Shown here piece by piece: positions 11,301-20,300 of a DNA stretch of 64,000 nucleotides. The DNA comes from Curvularia clavata (lineage: Eukaryota). The notes beneath the pieces are model-generated. The model worked only from the letters and a program-made list of their open reading frames with translations. It made no database searches and was not told the origin of the DNA. Position 1 is the first letter of the stretch; each line of letters begins with the position of its first letter. Location: NCBI GenBank assembly GCA_023920165.1, contig CP089276.1:3348001-3412000 (forward strand). Direction: 5' to 3'. The position numbers were made by a program, and so were the translations under genes.

Positions 11301-14300
11301 AAACCACTCCAACAACCATCGGATGGCCGAGGGTATGTGAAGGAGGGTCACTACTGGCTTCGAAAGGGTGCACATGAAGTTCAAGAGCAATCTCATTACA
11401 TCATCACACCGTTTGTGCAGCGAAACATGAACAATCTCATCCGAGCAGCCTCGACACGGAAGTATCCCGTACTAATTCAAGGTCCGACGTCCTCCGGTAA
11501 AACAAGTATGATTGAGTATCTTGCGAAGCGATCTGGCAATACGTTTGTTCGTATCAATAACCACGAACATACCGACTTACAGGAATATCTCGGTTCTTAC
11601 ATCTCTGGCGCCGACGGGAAGCTCATTTTCCAGGAGGGCATCCTCGTGAGAGCTCTGCGGGAAGGCCACTGGATTGTATTGGACGAGTTGAATCTGGCAC
11701 CCACAGATGTTCTTGAGGCACTGAATCGTCTTCTCGATGACAATCGTGAGCTTCTGATACCAGAAACGCAGGAAGTTGTTCGGCCTCACGAAGACTTTAT
11801 GTTGTTCGCTACGCAAAACCCAGCAGGTCTCTACGGTGGCCGTAAGGTGTTATCGCGCGCCTTCCGCAACCGTTTCTTAGAATTGCACTTCGATGACATA
11901 CCTGTTGAAGAGCTCACGGAGATCTTGCACCGCCGTACTATGATCCCGGAGACGTGGTGCAAACGCATCGTCAAAGTCTACCGAGAATTGTCGACCCTCC
12001 GACAAGAGAACCGCATCTTCGAGCAAAAGAGTTTCGCAACGCTTCGTGATTTGTTCAGATGGGCGCAAAGGAAAGCAGACACTATACAGGATCTTGCGAA
12101 TAACGGATACATGCTGCTTGCTGAGCGTGTGCGTAAAGAAGACGAACGAGTCGCAGTCAAAAAGATTTTGGAGACTGTCATGAGCGAGAGAGGCCCCAAA
12201 GTTACGATTGATGAGGATCAACTGTTTAGTGTAGGGAGCTTGTCGAACATCGAAGGTCTCAGCCAGGGAATGTCGATCGACAGTACCAGTGTCGTGTGGA
12301 CTCGCGCGATGCGCAGGCTCTCCGTCCTTGTCGCTTATGCGATCCGCAACAAGGAACCTGTCTTGCTCATTGGAGAAACAGGTTGTGGAAAGACGACCGT
12401 CTGCCAGCTCCTTGCCGATCAGTTCCACAACCAGCTACACGTTCTCAACGCTCATCAGAACACTGAGACGGGCGATTTGATCGGTGCACAGCGGCCTATT
12501 CGAAATCGGGCGGCCATTGAAGAATCAGTCAAAGAGCAAGTGCTTAACGTCCTTGCCAATGTTCCAAGTGGAGCCCTTCAGCACGACCCAAGCACATTGG
12601 GATATGAGGATTTGTTATCTCTCTACGATAGTGTTGTCCAAAATGCTCCCGAGTCGATACCAGATGAGGTCAAGAACAACATCCTTCTCAACCGAACTAA
12701 GGCTGGCGCATTATTTGAATGGGCGGACGGCAGCTTAGTGCATGCAATGAAGCACGGCCATTATTTCCTTCTCGATGAAATCTCTTTGGCCGACGACTCT
12801 GTACTTGAACGCCTGAACAGTGTCCTTGAGCCATCGCGCACTATCTTGCTTGCTGAGAAGGGACCCGTTGACTCGTTAGTGACAGCAAAAGATGGCTTCC
12901 AATTCCTCGCGACCATGAATCCAGGCGGCGACTACGGAAAGAAAGAGCTCTCGCCAGCGCTTCGCAATCGATTTACTGAAATCTGGGTTCCTGCGATGTC
13001 TGATCTCGATGACATCCTAGAAATCGTGCGATCGAAGCTGAAACCTGAGATTGTGCAGTATGCTAGTGTCATTGTGTCATTCTCACAATGGTTTAACGAC
13101 AAGTACAACACCTCGGTCGCATCCTCCATATCCATTCGTGATACCTTGGCATGGGTGTCATTTGTGAACAACTTGGTGCATCACAACCCGATCTTCAGCA
13201 TCGTACATGGTGCAGCAATGGTCTTTATCGACACCCTTGGAGCCAACCCCGCTGGTCTTTTAGCGATTTCTGCATCGACAATTGACACAGAAAAGAAAGC
13301 ATGCCTGCAGCATCTCAGCAACTTACTTGGAACGGATGTTTCCCCAATGTACTATGGGACAATCGAAATTTCAGACACAGCCGAAAGATTCCAACTGGGT
13401 GCCTTTTCTATTCCAAAGTTTGCGCCTGGTTCATCGCAGGCTGCCTTTGCGCTTGAAGCTCCAACTACACGCTCCAATGTTATGCGAGTAGTACGCGCGT
13501 TACAGTTGCCGAAACCAATCCTGCTGGAAGGAAATCCCGGTGTGGGTAAAACTACGCTCGTCACTGCTCTTGCCAAGGCTATTGGAAAGCCACTGACACG
13601 TCTCAATCTATCCGAGCAGACAGATCTGATGGATCTGTTTGGTTCCGATGTGCCGGTAGAAGGCGGAGCAGCAGGTACGTTTGCCTGGCGCGATGCACCT
13701 TTCCTTAAGGCAATGAAGAGTGGCGATTGGGTCTTGCTTGATGAGATGAATCTGGCATCGCAGTCAGTACTCGAAGGTCTCAACGCTGTACTGGACCATC
13801 GCGGTGAGGTCTACATATCCGAGCTAGACCAGACATTTCACAAGCACCCAGACTTTAGGGTGTTTGCAGCACAAAATCCCCACCACCAAGGAGGCGGCCG
13901 CAAAGGTCTTCCCGCTTCTTTCGTCAACCGGTTCACAGTGGTGTACGCAGATGTCTTTCGACCAGAAGATTTGACACTCATCTGCGAGAAGATCTTCCCA
14001 AGCATTGAGAAACAGGAGGTTACTAAGTTGATCAGCTTCGTAGCCGAATTGGATGAGCAGGTCGTGAATCGTCGCGCCTTTGGCAACCTTGGTGCACCGT
14101 GGGAGTTCAATCTGCGAGATACCTTGCGCTGGCTTCAGCTTCTTGCTGGAACTGACTTTCCTGGTTCAGCACGAGATTTTCTCGACATCATCTTCGTGCA
14201 ACGCTTCCGGGCCGAAAGTGATCGCAATCGACTGCTCAAGCTATTTGAGAGCCAGTATGGTAATCATGACCCTCGCATGAGTCTCTTCCACACCTTGAGC

Positions 14301-17300
14301 CCCAGTATGATTCAAGTGGGTCTCGGCTTGCTCCCTCGAGATAGCGCTGTTACACGTCCCGATGCCGTATCTCCACTTAAAGTTTTCCAGCTTGGCCCTA
14401 TGGAAGCACTTGTTGTTAGCGTCAAGCAGAATTGGCCAGCAATTATTGTCGGTCCACCAGGCTCCGGTAAAACAGCCATCATCAATCAACTGGCAAGCTA
14501 CGTTGGTGCTGATCTGGTCACTTTCTCCATGAACGCGGACGTCGATGCGATGGACCTCGTTGGTGGGTACGAACAAGTTGACCCTATGCGAGAACTGCAT
14601 CATTGTGTCCAGAAAGCAGAGGCAGTTGTTCGGAGGCATATCGCAGCGGCCCAGCAGCCGGAACTGGCACATATCGAGCTTCTTGAATCCCTTCAGGCAG
14701 GCTTCGTCGGATATGCTGCCGAGAACTTGCACCCCCTTCTCAGTTTGCTTGCAAATCTGAACGCCGAGGGGGCTGGACTGGCTCAGAGTTTGCAGGTTGC
14801 ATTGCAATCCTCACGTGAGCAAATTGATGGTGCCCGTTTCCAGTGGGTTGATGGCATTCTCATTCGTGCGCTTGAACAAGGCAAATGGCTGGTTCTCGAC
14901 AACGCCAACCTATGCTCCAGTGCCGTTCTTGATCGCCTGAACTCCCTTCTCGAACCGAACGGCTATCTCTCCATTAACGAGCATTCTACTTCGGACGGGG
15001 AAGCGCGCATCGTGCGGCCACACCCGAATTTCCGGATCTTCATGACCGTCGATCCAAAGTACGGAGAGCTTTCCAGGGCTATGCGCAACAGAGCCGTTGA
15101 GATATGTCTGCTTGAGCCGAATCAAGCCAACAAGCAAGAAACCGTATCAGCCGTACAATATGCCCTTGAATCAACCAGCTATCGTTTCCGCAGCTTTCAG
15201 GATCATGAAAAGCACCTCTCGATGACCCTGCAACAGCATTTCGAGGGCCTTTCTGTGCAAGACAGTGACTTGCTAGAGAGTTTTGCCAAACAAGTCCAGA
15301 AAGGACTTGTCTCTGATGCACCAACACAGACAAATGATGTCAACGGCAATGGCAACATGCAATTGGAACATGTTGCACAGACAGCGCGCCTGGAAGATGA
15401 AGTCTCAACTTTTGCTCATTTTTTTACAAGTACATGGGTGTCGCGTGCTCAATCAGTATCAAATCAACTTGCAATTGATGCATCGACACAGTGCCTTACG
15501 GTGCATCCATTGATGAATGAGCTCTTCGTCAATCAAACAGAAACATCCAAAGCTTTCAGCTTACTGAGCGCTTCGCTGTATGAGGTCATGCTCGACCTAT
15601 ACAAGATGCAGAAAGCCATTCAAAACTTGCCGTCTGCGCGATTTGAAAGACGCAAAGAGAAACAGAAACTGCCGGCTTTTCTGCACACTTACTGCCAGGG
15701 ACTGATGAGGCTCGCTGATGGGTTCTGGCAAGGACTCCAAGAGGGCCAGCAAGTCGATCTTGCTTTCCTCAAACCATTGCAAAAAATGTTCTGGGCGTTC
15801 CATACGCTCGCTACTGCGCCAACCTTTGACCGTGCAACGTTCCAGACGTATCTTAAGATGCTGGCGTCTGTAATTCCTGGGTCTGAGCATTCCCTCCCTC
15901 TCATACAAACCTTTTCCGCAAATCTTTCCAAACAAGTTGGTGCTTTCGGATCCGACGTCCAATTAACGACCGGGTTAAGCATGGAACGCGTTTGGCGAGT
16001 GTTCAAGCCATTGACGCCCAAAACTCAACAACAGCTGGCAGCTATCCTCGAACTTGAAGCACTTGCTGATAGATTCGATGCCATCATGTGGCAGTCAACC
16101 TTAGGAGTGGATGACATGGTACAGATACGTGAACGTATAGCCAGTTCCCTTGACTTGGTTCGAAGAGATCAAGCAGATGCCAAGGAGCTCATTACCACGC
16201 TTAGCACCGCTATTCAAGAGCTTGAGCAAGGCATCGAAGAGGACAGTGTCATAGTTACGCCATATTTTGAGGAGGAATTCGAGGGTCTATGCCAATTCTT
16301 GGACGTCACATATCGAAACGAGTCGTCCAGAGAGAACGTGCTACCTACAGCCAACATCGTAGCTGCTCGAGCTAAATCATCGCTTTTCGCACGCAGACCG
16401 ACAAAACTCTCCAGCTTCACAGTTGGTAACCCTGGTAATGCATCGGAGCAATTTGCAAAACTATACCGTCACCTGGGCCTCGCACGGCAGTCAGCAAACG
16501 CGATGGTACTTCAGAGTCGGTTCCACACAGCAATGCTTGCAAAGTTGTCCAGCGTCGATGATGTACAGCTCGCACAACTCGACCGTTTCGAGGCCGAGTT
16601 GCAAGTGCTGTCGCAGCAAATATCGCTGGATGCGGGTCGGATGACTGACGACCAGACCAATGCTTTGCAAAGTCTCTTTACGAACATTTACAACCAGCTT
16701 GTTGTATCGCACTCCAGCGAGGTCTTCCAAAACGTAAACCATGGTCGCATCGAGTTTTCTCCTAACTCAAACATCCCTATCAAATACCGATCGCTCCTAG
16801 AGGACGGCATCGCGTCTTGCTTCAGGGCTGCAGATTCTGTTGTTGATGCAGCAGCTTGGATACAGCTGGGTCTTTTTGGTCTCCAGTTGTACGTTCCCAA
16901 CTACCCACATGACCCTGCTCTGCGACCAATGATCGAACGAGATATGTTCAGTGTTGAAAAGAGCACTCTCCTGAATGCGCTGGGGGCTTTGAGACAATTC
17001 CAAGTCGATATGACTGGTCAGGAAACCAGCCTCCGTATACGATTGATTGAGGAAACCATTGAAAACATGGGCCAAGAGCCACCTGTGCCGGCTATTGTTC
17101 GCCCTAATGATTCTGAGCTTGACAGCTTACAAGGCGAGTTCACCAACCTGCTCAGTACTATACAGCCCCTACTCAATCATTCAATGTCAATGCGAGAGGC
17201 AGCTTGTGATCAAACGCTACAACAGAACCTCGTTCGCATCGTCCAACGACTCACTGAAGGATATCGAGCGTACGACGACATCACAGACACTGTGGTCGGT

Positions 17301-20300
17301 TTCCTTGTTTGTCTCCAAATTGGTCTGGTACTTGGTCAAGTGGAAGAAGATCAAACATCACGCAATGCTGTTGCAAACAGCTTAGCGTACATATCATCAG
17401 CCACACCTTTCTTTGGACGATCAAAACCTTTGGAAACCCCCGAATCGCTTTTAGAGACAATGGAGCAGGGCTTGGGCGAGCCAAACCATGTTATCGACTT
17501 GAGATGGCACACACTGCACTCTATGCTCTTCATGACGAGCACTGATCCCGGTACTATGGATATGGCTGCAGCTAGGAACCTATTGCACGACCTCTTTGCT
17601 AGCTTGTATGGCGATTGGAAGACCAAGCTACTCCAGGACCAAGAAAAAGAAGCCAAGAACTCAAGCTTGTATACGTACCGAGGTATGGATGATGAAGAGG
17701 AAGAGGAGGATCCAAGCCTCTTCCCCGACTACGAAGCCGACGAAGAAGGGCAGGACAAAGCACCCACATTGCCATCAGACTCTCGAAACTATGCTATCCG
17801 ACTTGCCGATATTCATGCAGAGCTCTTTGTAGACGGCAGAGACGCTCAAGACTCGGTCAAGACTTTACTGCAGTGGTGTGCTTCTGAAATGAACCGCGTT
17901 TCCAATGGCAAGAGTCATGGCAGCAAGCACGAGGATGTTCTACCAGCTATCTATCTCGCGCTGGAGAAGAAGGCCAATGCATTATCTTCAAGTCACGCAG
18001 GAAGATACTACAATTTCTACTTTGATTCCAATCTGTATGAAGCCAAGCGTTTCATTGAGCTCATTCATCGAATTCAATCTCGCTATCGCCAGATTCGGAA
18101 TGTGTGGCCCGAGCATGCTACACTGTCAGACGTCCTGCGCACGTGTGAAGAAGCACTCGAGTTCCGGCATGTTGATCCCGTAGCCAAGTTTATTACCAAA
18201 GCTGAGAAGCTCCATGGTTACATGCACGAATGGCAGACCGTTGCCAGCAAAGAGTACAGCGCTGCCAATCTGTATGACGATCTCACCAAGCTTCTTGTTA
18301 GTTGGCGAGAACTTGAGCTCACTACCTGGGCACGACTGTTCGACATGGAAGAGGTCAAGTATCACAATGACGCCAAGAGTTGGTTTTTCGTGGCATATGA
18401 AACCATCATTGCTGCATCGGAAAGCACAAAGGATGATGAGAGCTTTCAAACACATTCAAAAGAACTACTCAAATCACTGGAGAGTTTCTTTGAAAAAACC
18501 ACACTCGGACAATTCGAACAGCGAATCAAGCTCCTCAAACAGCTTCGTCAACATGCGTTCATGCGTATGCAAGATACGGACTTCTTCAGAACTGTTTACA
18601 CGTCACTCGACAACTTCCTCGCCTACTATTCGCGCCTAGAGAAGCCAGTACATGAAACGATCGCTAAAGGCAGGCAAAGCCTTGAGAAGCAAATCACAGA
18701 TGTGATCAAACTCGCGAGCTGGAAAGACACGAACATTGAGGTGTTGAAGCAGAGTGCGAAGAAAAACCATCGGAAGCTCACTAAGCTAGTCCGCAAGTTT
18801 AGGGCACTACTCAATCAACCTGTATCCGGAATCACAAGGTCTGGTCTCCCGGATGAGGCATATCATCTGCAAGGCATCGCCATGGGGGTAGTGAGCACAG
18901 CTGTCAACCCTATTGCGCTTCAACTTTGTGAAAATAGCGTACCAGGATGGGCGAGCCGACCAGCGCGCTTCAAGAACTTAGACGTTACCACTTCAATGAT
19001 GCGCAACCTTGCCATGCCGAATAAGGACTCGGTTGATGGCGCTTCATACATCAGTGATTTCATCAGTGAGCTCTCGACCTCCATTGTCGAGCTTCAGAAA
19101 GCTACACCCACCACACTTACAGAAGAGAATAAGGCATCTGTCCAGCATCTCAAGACGCAGAAACGCAAGCTCTATGCTGACACTATGAAGGAGCTGCGAC
19201 AAATGGGCATCAACTCAAATTTGAGCGTAGATACACTGGCGAAGCAAGACGAACTCTCGACCATTCTTTCGACGATACCAACAGTCAAGAGTGACCGGAA
19301 CATCGGAAGGGCAGCAGAGTACCATCTTCACAAGGCTCTCAACATCATGCCACAGGTCCGTGCAGTGACCAGAGAACACTCTGGGGACCTGACTCCAAAC
19401 GATGTTGCAAGAAGCATTGGCTATTTGGAAGGCTTACTGCATGCTTCGATTCGCCAACGAACGACGTTGAGTAAGGCTGCACAAAGCCTTCACCAGATTT
19501 TCACGCCGCTGTCTATGATTGCAGAGCTCAGTAAACCAGATCTCGGTGGCATTTCTTGGGTGTCAGAGCAGCACCTGAAAGCTCAAGTTCTCACGCAAAC
19601 TCAGCTTCGTTGGCTTTCTGCCATTCTGAGGACGGGTACAGATATTGTGAATGCACAGGCAAAGCTTGGAAAGACCAATGAGCTTGACTCTCTCATCAGG
19701 CAGATGCGAGAGCAGGCTGCTAAGACCTCCGGGCTTGCAGACACACGCAATCAACTTCCAAGGCTACCGTCAGGTCTCAAATCTGAATCACATGAGAGTT
19801 TGAGCAAGTCAATTGAGACTCACATGTCGAACCTTCGGGTCACTTTCCAGCAATGGGTTTCACAAAACGATATTGCGAGGCCTGTTCTTCGACACATTGA
19901 ACCGTTCCTTTTCACCGTTCCCTCTATCAGCGCTGCCCCACTCACAGAAGATTTGCGAATCACAGTTGATTTCCACGTCAAGGATGTGTTCTCTTCTCTC
20001 GATCTTATCCTAGGTTCGATGCAAGATGTGGAAGCTGCTATGCAGACCGTTCCCGTTTCAACCGATGATGCATCATGGCTCGTCAAAGAGGAACAGGCAC
20101 TATCTGCTGCGCTTACTGCCCTACATGTCCCACAAATCAGCAGAAGTCTGACTTCGATACTGGACAAGATGCAGTACCTCTACCAGGATGCTAACCTCAA
20201 ATCTGTAGCAGCGTTACTCTCCTCTATTAAGCCAATCCTGGAACAGTATGCAGCATCACAAGAGTTTATCCTTATGCGCTTCGATGCATTGCACGCATCC